The position numbers and the translations under genes are program-made. Below the pieces are notes generated by a model. It had not been told where the DNA came from. It made no database searches and was given only the letters and a program-made list of their open reading frames with translations. 64,000 nucleotides of DNA from Sulfurovum sp. Its GTDB lineage: Bacteria; Campylobacterota; Campylobacteria; Campylobacterales; Sulfurovaceae. The stretch lies in the NCBI GenBank assembly GCA_020525365.1, contig JAIZOF010000001.1, positions 889,456 through 953,455 of the forward strand, written 5' to 3'. Below, piece after piece: positions 49,624-59,300 of this stretch (positions are counted from its first letter, which is position 1; the number at the start of each line of letters is the position of its first letter).

Positions 49624-50328
49624 CTACTGATTATATTGGTCGGTAATTTCTTTCATCATAGATAGAATAAAATCTGCACTAATCTTTGCTGAGTTTTCAA
49701 GAAAGGTATCAAAGTCAAAACCCGCATCCATGTCGGCACTATCAGAAATAGCACGTAGAATAAAAAAAGGTACATTGAGTGCGTTGCAGACTACGGCAAC
49801 ACTTGCTCCTTCCATTTCTAATGCATCTGCACTAAAGGTTTTTCCTATCCATACTTTTTGCTCAGGATTGGCTATAAACTGATCACCAGTAGCGATGATA
49901 CCCTCTTTGAGTGCAATACCTTTGCGTGAGGCCACTCTTTTGGCTATTTGCCGTAGGTAATTATCTGGAGTAATATATATTTCTCCTTCAGGAACATACC
50001 CATGTGGATGCCCAAATGCTGTAATGTCTAGGTCATGCTGACATAAACCATTCGCAATGACAAGATCACCAATCTTTAAATGGTTTGAGATTGCCCCAGC
50101 TACACCAGAAAAGAGAAGCTGTTTGCATTTAAACCTCTCAATAAGAACTGTTACAGTCAATGATGCAAAGATCTTTCCTATTTTTGAGTAGGCAACCACC
50201 ACTTCTTGACCATTGTAAAGACCTTCATAATATTTATTTTTTGCATAAATTGTTATGGTAACATTGTTAAGTTTTTCAATGATCGGTTTAATCTCTTCGG
50301 GCATAGCACCCATAATACCTATTTTCAT
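49624..50328 (-). CDS. mtnN: 5'-methylthioadenosine/S-adenosylhomocysteine (aminodeoxyfutalosine) nucleosidase
   Basis: 234 aa. MKIGIMGAMPEE, LEMEGASVA and the full-length Pfs pattern. Confidence 0.9.
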   Translation of the reverse strand: MKIGIMGAMPEEIKPIIEKLNNVTITIYAKNKYYEGLYNGQEVVVAYSKIGKIFASLTVTVLIERFKCKQLLFSGVAGAISNHLKIGDLVIANGLCQHDLDITAFGHPHGYVPEGEIYITPDNYLRQIAKRVASRKGIALKEGIIATGDQFIANPEQKVWIGKTFSADALEMEGASVAVVCNALNVPFFILRAISDSADMDAGFDFDTFLENSAKISADFILSMMKEITDQYNQ

Positions 50329-50329
50329 T

Positions 50330-51271
50330 CTATTTTAATTTTGTTATCTCTTCGATAGTGTTTGCCAATGATTGCATATCAGAAACCACAAAGTGTGGTT
50401 TCTGAGTTGTTTTTCTATTGAGACCTTTGAGTACACCACCATGTCCAAATTCAACATAACAGTCAATTTGATTGTCAAATTTAGTAATAGACTGCTTGTA
50501 GAGTACAGGGGAGACAAGTTGTTTAGGCAGTAGCTTAAGTGCTTCAGCTTTTGTATTGTATGTTTCAGCAGTTACATTGGAGACTACAGGCGCTATAAAC
50601 TCATCTTTAAGTACTTCTTTGAGTTTTTCAACCAAAGGAGTCGTTGCACTTTCAAGTAGTGGACAGTGGCTTGCGATAGACATATTTAGTAGCATAGCAC
50701 GTCTTGCTTTTGCTTTTTTAAGGATTGGCTCAAGCTTCTGAAGGTCAGGTTTTGCACCAGCAATAACAATCTGTCCTTGTGCATTATAGTTAACCGGCCA
50801 TACTTTCATACCAAGTTCTCTTTGTTCGGTACAAATTTTCTCTACCGTTTCATCATCTAAGCCTAAAGAGACAAGCATTCCTACATCCTGTCCTTCGCAT
50901 GCTTGTGTCATTAGTTTGCCACGAAGATTAACCAATTTGATAGCATCAATGGTATTAAGCGCACCTACGGCCATTAGTGCAGAAAACTCTCCCAAAGAGT
51001 GCCCAAGCGTAAATAGTGGTCTAATAGACATCTCATTCTCGAATAGTTTATGGGCAATAGCAGAGACTAATAAAATAGCTGGTTGTGTAAATTCTGTCTT
51101 TTCAAGATTGCTATTCTCTGTAAAAAGTAGTGTTTCAAAATCAATTCCTGTATGTTCACTTGCATCAGCAATCATCTGTTTGGCAATATTGGAATTATGA
51201 GAGAAATCCTCTCCCATACCAACAGTCTGAGAACCCTGTCCAGGAAAGAGGAATGCACATTTGACTGACAT
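50330..51271 (-). CDS. fabD: Malonyl-CoA:ACP transacylase
   Basis: FLFPGQGSQ and active-site GHSLGEFSAL. ATG 51271 has an AAGGAT SD and is preferred over the track start at 51316. Confidence 0.95.
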   Translation of the reverse strand: MSVKCAFLFPGQGSQTVGMGEDFSHNSNIAKQMIADASEHTGIDFETLLFTENSNLEKTEFTQPAILLVSAIAHKLFENEMSIRPLFTLGHSLGEFSALMAVGALNTIDAIKLVNLRGKLMTQACEGQDVGMLVSLGLDDETVEKICTEQRELGMKVWPVNYNAQGQIVIAGAKPDLQKLEPILKKAKARRAMLLNMSIASHCPLLESATTPLVEKLKEVLKDEFIAPVVSNVTAETYNTKAEALKLLPKQLVSPVLYKQSITKFDNQIDCYVEFGHGGVLKGLNRKTTQKPHFVVSDMQSLANTIEEITKLK

Positions 51272-51479
51272 AGTAATCCTTTTGTTAGAAAAATTATAGA
51301 TGTGATATTTTACCATTTAAACCCAAAATCTATATAACTTTTACAGCAATACCAAGGAGATACTTTAAAGTTTAGATATTTTTTGATTTTCTATAAATTA
51401 CCAAAAAGGTTTAAGGGAGGAAGATAATCAAACCTATGCTACACTACTCTTTAAAAGACATGAATTTTCCTATATTTGT

Positions 51480-52262
51480 ATGCTTGACAAAAATTTTAAT
51501 GCTTTGATAAGATGGAAATCATGTAGTTTTTTCGATTATTTTTTTGGAGCATATGTGTTTTTGTATCAACCTATATCTGGTTACTGCTACAACAGTGATT
51601 CAATTTTTCTTTATGATTTTATTACACAGTTTAAACCCAAAGGAAAACTACTCGATATTGGATGTGGGGTAGGAATCATCTCTTTGTTGTTGACACGTGA
51701 TTTTGAGACTCAAACATATATTATTGATAAACAGAAGAGAATGCTTGATTATGCAGTACACAACTTTCTAATAAATGGATTGAAGGTAACACCTTATTTT
51801 GATGACTTTACTCAATTTCAGACAAAAGATCGGTTTGATTTCATTGTTTCCAATCCGCCCTTTTATGATCCCATGGTGACGCAGAGCAAAGATACGTATA
51901 TAAATATTGCACGCTACACACATCATCTTCCCATAGGGAAATTGATAAAACAGGTCAAAACTTTTTTGAAGCCAAGGGGATGGTTTGTCTTCTGTTATGA
52001 TGCCAAACAGATAGATCTACTAATGCAGTATTTAAGAGAGTATGGCATTAATCCTGAAAAGATACGTTTTGTCCATTCCAAAATTGACAGAGAATCAAAA
52101 TTAGTGATGATCGCAGCACGCAATAACTCCAAGTCAATGACGCAAGTACTACCTCCATTGGTGATATTTGATGAACAAAGTAATTATTTATTTGAGGCAA
52201 TACAGGCATTTGGGAAAGCAAGAACGCATAGCATCAAAGGAGATTTTGGGAATGAAGAATGA
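51480..52262 (+). CDS. SAM-dependent N6-adenine methyltransferase (TrmN6/YfiC-like)
   Basis: 260 aa. Motif I LDIGCGVGIISL and motif IV SNPPFY. Confidence 0.7.
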   Translation: MLDKNFNALIRWKSCSFFDYFFGAYVFLYQPISGYCYNSDSIFLYDFITQFKPKGKLLDIGCGVGIISLLLTRDFETQTYIIDKQKRMLDYAVHNFLINGLKVTPYFDDFTQFQTKDRFDFIVSNPPFYDPMVTQSKDTYINIARYTHHLPIGKLIKQVKTFLKPRGWFVFCYDAKQIDLLMQYLREYGINPEKIRFVHSKIDRESKLVMIAARNNSKSMTQVLPPLVIFDEQSNYLFEAIQAFGKARTHSIKGDFGNEE

Positions 52263-52271
52263 GGATATTTT

Positions 52272-52652
52272 ATGAAAAATCAGTTAATAGAAAAAGAGAG
52301 CTATAGTTTTAAGTTTAATCCTTCTTCTTGTGAAGCATGTGGAGGGTGTTGTTGCACAGGAGAGAGTGGTTACATTTGGGTAAAGTATGATGAAATTGTT
52401 AATATGGCAACATTTATTAATCTTTCAATGGAAGAATTTGTTACAATGTATTTAAAGAAAGTAAAACATCGCTATTCATTGGTTGAGAAGCAACTGGCAC
52501 CTGATAATTTTGCCTGTATTTTTTTTGATGATATAAAACAACATTGTACTATCTATCCAGTACGACCTTCGCAATGTCGTACCTTTCCTTTTTGGGAACA
52601 GTTTAAACATAATGAAGATGAGGTAAGAAAAGAGTGTCCTGGTATCGTATGA
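52272..52652 (+). CDS. YkgJ-family (UPF0153) CxxCxxCC zinc/iron-chelating protein
   Basis: 126 aa. CEACGGCCC plus downstream C...C...C residues. Confidence 0.7.
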   Translation: MKNQLIEKESYSFKFNPSSCEACGGCCCTGESGYIWVKYDEIVNMATFINLSMEEFVTMYLKKVKHRYSLVEKQLAPDNFACIFFDDIKQHCTIYPVRPSQCRTFPFWEQFKHNEDEVRKECPGIV

Positions 52653-53890
52653 TTTTAGTAGTATTGGTTACCTTTGTATTGACTAGCAACAGTATTGTAG
52701 CAAAGGAGCCACCAGTAATCAATGAAGATGAAATGATTGTTCGTGGATTATTCTGTATAGAATATAGGGCTTATGAAGATAGCTGGAGGATATTTAAAAA
52801 CCTCTATGATACGACTGGTGAAGGGGAGTATCTTTTTCAAGAGATAATTTCTTCTTTGCTTGGTAAAATACATATTACCGAGAGTATTGAGCGTCTAGAA
52901 CTCTTTGACAGGAAGCACCCTAATATGCTAAGAGTTAAGCGACTTCTTGTTTCGCTTTATTTAACAAATCAGCAAATTAACAAAGCAAAAAATGAAGCAT
53001 CTTTTTTAATTGCACACTCCAATGAAGCTTCAGACATGGATCTTGTTTCTAGGTCCTATCTTTATGCGGGGGAGCCCAAGAAGGCAGTTGCGTTATTGCA
53101 GCATGCCTACGAAAAGTCCAATAACAAAGATATACTTTTACGCCTAGTATCCGTTATGGATGCATACACAAATCAACGTAAACGTGCTATTCAATTGCTA
53201 GAGACATATCAACGAACAAATACTGCTCCTAGTCGAGATATCTATTTTAAGCTTTTGACGCTATATGTTAAAGAGAATGATACAAATGGTATTTTAAATG
53301 TTTATCTATCGTTCTATAAAAATGATAAAAATGATAAGCATTTTGAGAATATTGTTAATGCATATATTGTTCAAAAAGATATTGACGGGGCTATTATTTT
53401 TTTAGAAAAAAATCATGCTAGATTAAAAATGCTCTACCAACTCTATGTTTATAAGAGATTTTTTTCCAAAGCATTGAAACTGGCACATAAGTTTTACAAA
53501 GAGAATCATAATCCACGTTGGTTGGCAGAAATTGCCATTTTAACCTACGAACAGGTAAAGGATAAAAATGATCAAAAAATAATTGGAAATATAGTTAAGA
53601 TATTTGATAAGGCAATGATGCAAGGGGTGAATGATAGTGTCTATCTTAATTACTATGGCTATATGCTTATTAACAACAATATAAATATAGAAAAAGGGAT
53701 ACGTATTCTTAGAGATGCCTTGAGTCAGCAACCAGACAACACCTACTATCTTGACTCTCTTGCTTGGGGTTATTACAAGGAGGGTAAGTGCAAAAAAGCA
53801 TATGATTTGATGAGAAAAGTGGTAAAACGAGAGGGACTAAAAGAGCCTGAAATAGCTCAACACTGGGATGCCATACAGAAATGTAAATAG
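52649..53890 (+). CDS. Periplasmic TPR-repeat protein
   Basis: Signal peptide MILVVLVTFVLTSNSIVA followed by TPR-like helical repeats. ATG 52649 forms an ATGA overlap with the ykgJ-like stop. The track start 52634 is a GTG. Confidence 0.6.
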   Translation: MILVVLVTFVLTSNSIVAKEPPVINEDEMIVRGLFCIEYRAYEDSWRIFKNLYDTTGEGEYLFQEIISSLLGKIHITESIERLELFDRKHPNMLRVKRLLVSLYLTNQQINKAKNEASFLIAHSNEASDMDLVSRSYLYAGEPKKAVALLQHAYEKSNNKDILLRLVSVMDAYTNQRKRAIQLLETYQRTNTAPSRDIYFKLLTLYVKENDTNGILNVYLSFYKNDKNDKHFENIVNAYIVQKDIDGAIIFLEKNHARLKMLYQLYVYKRFFSKALKLAHKFYKENHNPRWLAEIAILTYEQVKDKNDQKIIGNIVKIFDKAMMQGVNDSVYLNYYGYMLINNNINIEKGIRILRDALSQQPDNTYYLDSLAWGYYKEGKCKKAYDLMRKVVKREGLKEPEIAQHWDAIQKCK

Positions 53891-53956
53891 CGTTCAGCGT
53901 TCAATATTGAGCCTTCGGGTATAATTCGATAAAATTTTTAAATATAAAGAAGTATC

Positions 53957-54757
53957 ATGGCACAGATATTAGATGAGATCATTAAGAAGACTAAAGAGGA
54001 TCTTGAAAAGAGAAAAGTAGACTATCCGGTAGAATGGTTAGGGAGATCTTTGGCATTCAATCCTTTTGTTCCAAAAGATGTTCAAAAAGCATTACGTTCC
54101 ACACCAGAAAATCCTTACCGTATTATTGCTGAAGTGAAAAAAGCAAGTCCAAGTAAGGGAATAATTTGTAAAAATTTTGATCCCATTGCTATTGCACAGG
54201 CATATGAAAAAGGTGGTGCCGACTCCCTTTCTATTTTAACTGAACCTCACTTCTTTCAGGGAGATAAAGAGTATCTTGGTATGGTGCGTCGCTATGTAAG
54301 TATTCCATTGTTGCGTAAAGACTTTATTGTTGACAAGTATCAAATTGTTGAGGCATTGGCATTTGGGGCAGATTATATTTTACTCATTGCCAAAGCACTT
54401 TCTCGTAAAGAACTCAAAGAACTTTATGATTATGCTTTGCATCTTGGATTAGAGGTTTTGGTAGAGATACATGATAAGACAGATCTTGTTAAAGCAATGT
54501 TTGCTGGAGCAACGATTGTCGGCATTAATCACCGAAACTTAGAGACTTTTGAGATGGATATGCATCTAACGGAAAAGCTCATACCACTTATTCCTAACAA
54601 TAAAATTATTGTCGCAGAATCGGGTATTGATGATCATGAAACAGTTGTAGAGATTGCTAAGATGGGGGCAGATTCTTTTCTTGTCGGCGAGTACTTCATG
54701 AGACAGGATGATATTACTGCAGCAATTAGAGAAGTGAAATATGGAGATAATAGATAA
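53957..54757 (+). CDS. trpC: Indole-3-glycerol phosphate synthase
   Basis: 266 aa. [19 protein letters not shown] and INHRNL motifs. Confidence 0.95.
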   Translation: MAQILDEIIKKTKEDLEKRKVDYPVEWLGRSLAFNPFVPKDVQKALRSTPENPYRIIAEVKKASPSKGIICKNFDPIAIAQAYEKGGADSLSILTEPHFFQGDKEYLGMVRRYVSIPLLRKDFIVDKYQIVEALAFGADYILLIAKALSRKELKELYDYALHLGLEVLVEIHDKTDLVKAMFAGATIVGINHRNLETFEMDMHLTEKLIPLIPNNKIIVAESGIDDHETVVEIAKMGADSFLVGEYFMRQDDITAAIREVKYGDNR

Positions 54758-54788
54758 AGACAAGAATGACCTAGGGGGTTTCTATCGT

Positions 54789-55232
54789 TTATGAGAGTAA
54801 GCTCTTTGCAATCTGATTGATTCTTCTGCCATCTGCACGACTACCAACTTTTATTTTTGCTATACTCATTACTTTTCCCATATCTTTTATTCCCAAAGCA
54901 TCTATCTCACCAATAATTTCCTTAAGGATACTACTAAGTTCTTCATCACTTAAAGGTTCAGGTAGATAGTTTTTTACAATGGAAAGTTCGGTCTCTTCTT
55001 TGATGACAAGGTCATTGCGTCCTGCATTAGAAAACTGTGTCTTTGCATCTTCGCGCTGTTTAGCATACCTCATGAGTACTGCTTCAATATCAGTATCATT
55101 TAGCTCTTTTTGTTCGTCAATTTCTATTTGCTTGATAGCAGCTTGAAGGTTTCGAAGAGTATCTCTCTTTTGTGTCTCCTTGGCACGCATGGCTTCCTTG
55201 ACGTCATTTTTGATACGCTCTTTTAGTGTCAT
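54789..55232 (-). CDS. GatB/YqeY domain protein
   Basis: 147 aa. The pattern MTLKERIKNDVKEAMRAK...RDTLR..QAAIKQ is typical of YqeY. Confidence 0.8.
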   Translation of the reverse strand: MTLKERIKNDVKEAMRAKETQKRDTLRNLQAAIKQIEIDEQKELNDTDIEAVLMRYAKQREDAKTQFSNAGRNDLVIKEETELSIVKNYLPEPLSDEELSSILKEIIGEIDALGIKDMGKVMSIAKIKVGSRADGRRINQIAKSLLS

Positions 55233-55278
55233 TATCCTATCCTCTTATAGTTTAATGGAATTATACTATAATTAATGT

Positions 55279-55560
55279 ATGATAGTTATCATACAAGATA
55301 AACAATTTGACACAAAAGATATTACACGGCTATACCCAGCAGCAGTGATTAAGACGGGCCATAAAAATGAGACTACACAGGCAAGCTTGGAGTGGCTCGA
55401 TATGGAGTCTAAGGGAAAAGTTGAAGTGGTTGGCTATGGTATTTTTGTTCATCTGGGTGAAAAAAAGATGGAGAGTTTTATCTTTGAGACACGAGAAGAG
55501 ATGGATACAGAGGTTGGGTGCATTGCAGCCCAAGTGCAGAAGCAGAAAGGAAGAGAATGA
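55279..55560 (+). CDS. Hypothetical 93-aa cytoplasmic protein
   Basis: No recognisable motif. Its stop overlaps the next gene's ATG (ATGA). Confidence 0.5.
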   Translation: MIVIIQDKQFDTKDITRLYPAAVIKTGHKNETTQASLEWLDMESKGKVEVVGYGIFVHLGEKKMESFIFETREEMDTEVGCIAAQVQKQKGRE

Positions 55561-56360
55561 AATGGACAATAGGTGTAGTACTGGGGATATTTTTGCTGGA
55601 AAGTACGGGATTCGCTAAAAGCCCAAAATATGACGTTTCACGCTACAAGTATATAGGAGTATTTAGTAAAGTTAAAGCTTCTCAGCAAATGGTTGCAACT
55701 ATGGAGCTGAGGCAGATACGCAAACAGATCAAACAGGCGTGGCAGAAGGGTAATGATATTAAAGAGCTCAAATATGGAAATGGTCATTGGGTTGGTGTGT
55801 TTGAAAAAGGAGATGCAAGAAGCCATCAGACCTATTTAGTCGCTTCACGCTGGAGTGCCATAGATCACATTGTAGAAGATTACTGGAAACAGGGCTATTT
55901 CATTACTAACATAGAGCATGGTCTTGCTGAGTGGGTAGTAGTATTCGAAAAGAATACAGGGTTTCTTAATCAGGCATATGAAAGAAGAGCCAAGCGTGAT
56001 GCGTTCATCGAAGTGGTGAATCAACGATGGAAGCAGGGGTATGATTTGATAGACTTTGAGTATGGAGAGGGGCATTATACTGGTATTTTTACCGAAAGAA
56101 AAACAAAAGAGTCACAGGCATTGGTAGTACGTTCCACTTGGTTTAATTCCTCAAAAGCAATTACTGAATATTGGCATAAAGGTTACCGTATTAAGAATAT
56201 TGAGTACACCCTTGGTAGATGGATGATTCTTTTTGGTAGAAACAGTAAAGATAGCAAGCAGGGATTTGAAACAGCACATGATATTGAAACATTTAAAACT
56301 ATTTTTGAAAAGCGCCAGAAAGAGGGATATGTATTGATTGACCTTGCCGAAGGGTGGTAA
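55557..56360 (+). CDS. Secreted repeat protein with 48-residue repeats, propeller-like
   Basis: ATG 55557 gives the signal peptide MKWTIGVVLGIFLLESTGFA. The motif W(K/H)(Q/K)GY.I..(I/F)EYG.G.W..(V/I)F.(K/R) recurs at residues 62, 110, 158, 206 and 254. Confidence 0.65.
   Translation: MKWTIGVVLGIFLLESTGFAKSPKYDVSRYKYIGVFSKVKASQQMVATMELRQIRKQIKQAWQKGNDIKELKYGNGHWVGVFEKGDARSHQTYLVASRWSAIDHIVEDYWKQGYFITNIEHGLAEWVVVFEKNTGFLNQAYERRAKRDAFIEVVNQRWKQGYDLIDFEYGEGHYTGIFTERKTKESQALVVRSTWFNSSKAITEYWHKGYRIKNIEYTLGRWMILFGRNSKDSKQGFETAHDIETFKTIFEKRQKEGYVLIDLAEGW
55644..56357 (+). repeat. About 4.5 tandem protein-level repeats with a period of exactly 48 codons (144 nt)
   Basis: The repeat-initial Trp/Lys codons fall at nt 55740, 55884, 56028, 56172 and 56316. 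The N-terminal YKYIGVFSK matches the second half of the repeat, and the C-terminal EGYVLIDLAEGW matches the first half. Confidence 0.75.
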
Positions 56361-56418
56361 ATTTCTTTAGCTTTAAGGTGTATTATCCTATTATTTCTCA
56401 TAAACTTTTGGAGGTTGT

Positions 56419-57063
56419 ATGACAACATTTCAACTTTTTCTACTTATTGTTGCAGGTGGTATTTTCTACCTCTTTTTTAAACAGCTTTTTTTAGGGAATT
56501 ACCCAAAAAGAGGTGTTGATTTTGAAGCAAAAATACCTGATGAGCACATAGGTAGTATCAATCGTCCAGATAAGATATTTTCCGAATCTTCTTTACCAAT
56601 ATCACGTATAGAACAGTTGATAGAAATGACAGATGAAGCAATTACAAAAGGTGATTTACTTGAAGCACGTAAGGCGGTGCAGAGTGCATTAGTAATTGAT
56701 AAAAATAATATTGAAGTATTACGAAGAGAAGGATATCTTCTTCTTGAAGATGGAGAGTACAAAGAGGCTAAAAATATTTATAAGAAGATTCTATCTCTTG
56801 ATTCCAATGATGACATTGCTCATAATTCGCTTGCTAATATATTGCACAAGCTTGGAGAAAATGATTTAGCACAGAGTCATCACCATAAGGCAATTGAACT
56901 TGATTCTAAATATGCACCACACTATTTCAATTATGCGAACACACTGTATGATATGAACTTAAAAAAAGATGCATTGGCGAACTACAAAAAAGCCTATGAG
57001 CTTGATTGTAGTATTAAGGAGGCAAAGAAAATGATAGAAGAAATAGAGGAGAAAAGTCTATGA
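56419..57063 (+). CDS. Membrane-anchored TPR-repeat protein
   Basis: 214 aa. N-terminal TM FQLFLLIVAGGIFYLFF followed by about three TPR motifs (e.g. AHNSLANILHKLGENDLAQSHHHKAIELD). Confidence 0.6.
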   Translation: MTTFQLFLLIVAGGIFYLFFKQLFLGNYPKRGVDFEAKIPDEHIGSINRPDKIFSESSLPISRIEQLIEMTDEAITKGDLLEARKAVQSALVIDKNNIEVLRREGYLLLEDGEYKEAKNIYKKILSLDSNDDIAHNSLANILHKLGENDLAQSHHHKAIELDSKYAPHYFNYANTLYDMNLKKDALANYKKAYELDCSIKEAKKMIEEIEEKSL

Positions 57064-57290
57064 GCCATAGTGCCTGTTTTGTCACCCAAATTGCTACAAA
57101 AGATATTTTGTTACGTGTTACTAATGTTTGTGGCGAGTGCTATGACGATCTCAATGAAGGTGATATTATCCATTACGATATGCAAAATTACCGTTTTTTA
57201 TGTGATTGTTGCCAACAGAAGCTCTGTTCTAAAATGAATGAAGAGTGTGAGATTATTTATGATGAAGCAGATCCAACACTTTTCTGTTAA
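57060..57290 (+). CDS. Cys-rich 76-aa protein, putative zinc ribbon
   Basis: ATGA overlap with the TPR gene. Nine Cys residues, including CGEC and CDCC...C...C. Confidence 0.45.
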   Translation: MSHSACFVTQIATKDILLRVTNVCGECYDDLNEGDIIHYDMQNYRFLCDCCQQKLCSKMNEECEIIYDEADPTLFC

Positions 57291-57309
57291 AGAGAGATGC
57301 GAATATCCA

Positions 57310-58266
57310 TTATCTGTTATCTACTATATATCTGATTGCATTTAAGTAACTTAATCTATTTAATTCTATGCCTTTCTTATAGGCGATATCAAATGCTGTT
57401 CCATGGTCGACTGATGTTCGTAGTATTGGTAAGTTTAAACTTACATTGATTCCTTCGTCAAAATAGAGAGCCTTAAGTGGTGCAAGCCCTTGATCGTGAT
57501 ATATCGCTACATAGTGAGTATAGTGCTTACGTACATTTGGGGTAAAAGCAACATCTGGTACCATGGGTTTAGTAAAAAGTAAAGAGTGATGAGTAGAGAG
57601 TGAAGGATTAGATCTTTTGATAATGAATGTGGCATTGTCAATAGCTTTTGATATAATTTTTTCTTCATTTCCTAGTACACCATTGTCACCTGCATGAGGA
57701 TTAAGTCCAAGTACAGCAATAGTTGATTTGGGTTTGGCAGTTTTATAAAAATTAACCAAGAAGCATGTTAGCTTTTTTTCCTCAATGCTACCTGCTACTT
57801 CTCCAAGTGGGATATGTTCAGTAAAGAGTCCTACATACATTTTTGGACATCCTAACATCATGATTGCTTCAGTGTTGAAAAAGTGACGCAGGGCATCGGT
57901 ATGCCCTTTGTATTTTATGCCTGAAAGCTCCCATGACTTTTTGTGGATTGGAAGAGTGGTAAGGGCACCAATTTCATCATTTTTTGCCATTTTGACAGCT
58001 TTAACAAATGAGGCATAGGCGTAAGTACCACTCTCTTTTGTAATTTTTCCTGGTTTAATCTCAAAGTGGGGAGCAACATCTTCAATAGTTTGAAAATTAT
58101 TTGGTATAGAGAGATTTAATTTATCTGCTGCTTGTTTAAGCATGCTTTGATCAATACAGTAAATCGGTGTAACTATTTTTTTCACATACTGGTGGTTCTC
58201 AAGGGCGAGTTGGATACCAATACCGTTAAGGTCACCAATAGATATGGCAACTTTTTTCTTTTTCAT
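57310..58266 (-). CDS. pdxA: 4-hydroxythreonine-4-phosphate dehydrogenase
   Basis: 318 aa. GDLNGIGIQLAL, HTD and SVDHGTAFDIA motifs. Confidence 0.9.
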   Translation of the reverse strand: MKKKKVAISIGDLNGIGIQLALENHQYVKKIVTPIYCIDQSMLKQAADKLNLSIPNNFQTIEDVAPHFEIKPGKITKESGTYAYASFVKAVKMAKNDEIGALTTLPIHKKSWELSGIKYKGHTDALRHFFNTEAIMMLGCPKMYVGLFTEHIPLGEVAGSIEEKKLTCFLVNFYKTAKPKSTIAVLGLNPHAGDNGVLGNEEKIISKAIDNATFIIKRSNPSLSTHHSLLFTKPMVPDVAFTPNVRKHYTHYVAIYHDQGLAPLKALYFDEGINVSLNLPILRTSVDHGTAFDIAYKKGIELNRLSYLNAIRYIVDNR

Positions 58267-58269
58267 TTT

Positions 58270-59052
58270 TTACCTAATCATTTTTGCTTTCATATCTAAA
58301 ATTGCTTTTTCTAGCCCAGTAAAGATTGAACGAGCAATAATACTCTGCCCTATATTGAGTTCTTCAATGGTATTTATTTTTGCAATAGCATCAACATTTT
58401 GGTAGTTAAGTCCATGTCCTGCTGCGACCCTGAGCCCTAATTTGATTGCATCACGACTAAGCGATCTGAGGTTATGCAGTTCATCTTCGTACATCTGCTT
58501 GAGTACTTTGCGTGGTAGATTGAGTTTGGAGATAGTATGGTGGGTCTTGGAGAGGTTTCCATAGAGCATAGCATCAATATTGGCATACTTTCCAGTGTGG
58601 AACTCTACCCACTCTACATTTAAATCAATTGAAGCTTTGACTGCTTCGAGAGTAGGGTCGATAAAAAGAGAGACCTCTATCTCCTTCTCTTGAAGGTATT
58701 GGATTGCTTCTTTGAGTCTATTTTGATCTTCTGTGACTATTAGCCCACCTTCTGTTGTAACCTCTTCACGTTTTTCTGGTACAAGAGTAACGCGATGAGG
58801 ACGCATCTTGCAAGCAATATTGATCATACTTGGCTCAATAGCACATTCGAGATTGACTGGTAGTGCCGAGAGACGAATAATATGTGTGACATCAGTATCT
58901 TGAATATGTCGTCTATCTTCACGCAGATGAATGGTGATCTGATCGGCTCCAGCACGTTTGCATATACTGAGTGCATCAAGTGGATCAGGATCTGCGATGC
59001 GTCTTGCCTCTCTTAATATGGCAATATGGTCAATATTAACGCCCAGTAGCAT
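58270..59052 (-). CDS. pdxJ: Pyridoxine 5'-phosphate synthase
   Basis: 260 aa. MLLGVNIDHIAILREAR, ITIHLREDRRHI and EFHTG motifs. Confidence 0.95.
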   Translation of the reverse strand: MLLGVNIDHIAILREARRIADPDPLDALSICKRAGADQITIHLREDRRHIQDTDVTHIIRLSALPVNLECAIEPSMINIACKMRPHRVTLVPEKREEVTTEGGLIVTEDQNRLKEAIQYLQEKEIEVSLFIDPTLEAVKASIDLNVEWVEFHTGKYANIDAMLYGNLSKTHHTISKLNLPRKVLKQMYEDELHNLRSLSRDAIKLGLRVAAGHGLNYQNVDAIAKINTIEELNIGQSIIARSIFTGLEKAILDMKAKMIR

Positions 59053-59300
59053 ATATTAAACTCCTCATGCGACATGATTAAATTCAATTATAGCAAAAGC
59101 TATGTATGGTTTTCCCAAGGAAATCCTATTTAATTATGAATACCTATATGAAAGGAAGTAAATACTATATAATATTAATTTTTCAAGTAGAGGTTTTTTA
59201 TGATCTTTTTAACACATATTAAGTCTCCTTTAGATATAATCGCGTCCACAATTATAGTAATAATATAGTAAAAAAATAATAGACAAAAGGTCCTTTTAAA

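Noticed and set aside
59053-59300. Possible oriC, because rpmH-rnpA-yidC-jag-mnmE often neighbours dnaA/oriC
   Set aside because: There is no dnaA gene in the window and no cluster of DnaA-box-like 9-mers. The single TCCACA fragment is not significant, and the upstream neighbour is pdxJ.
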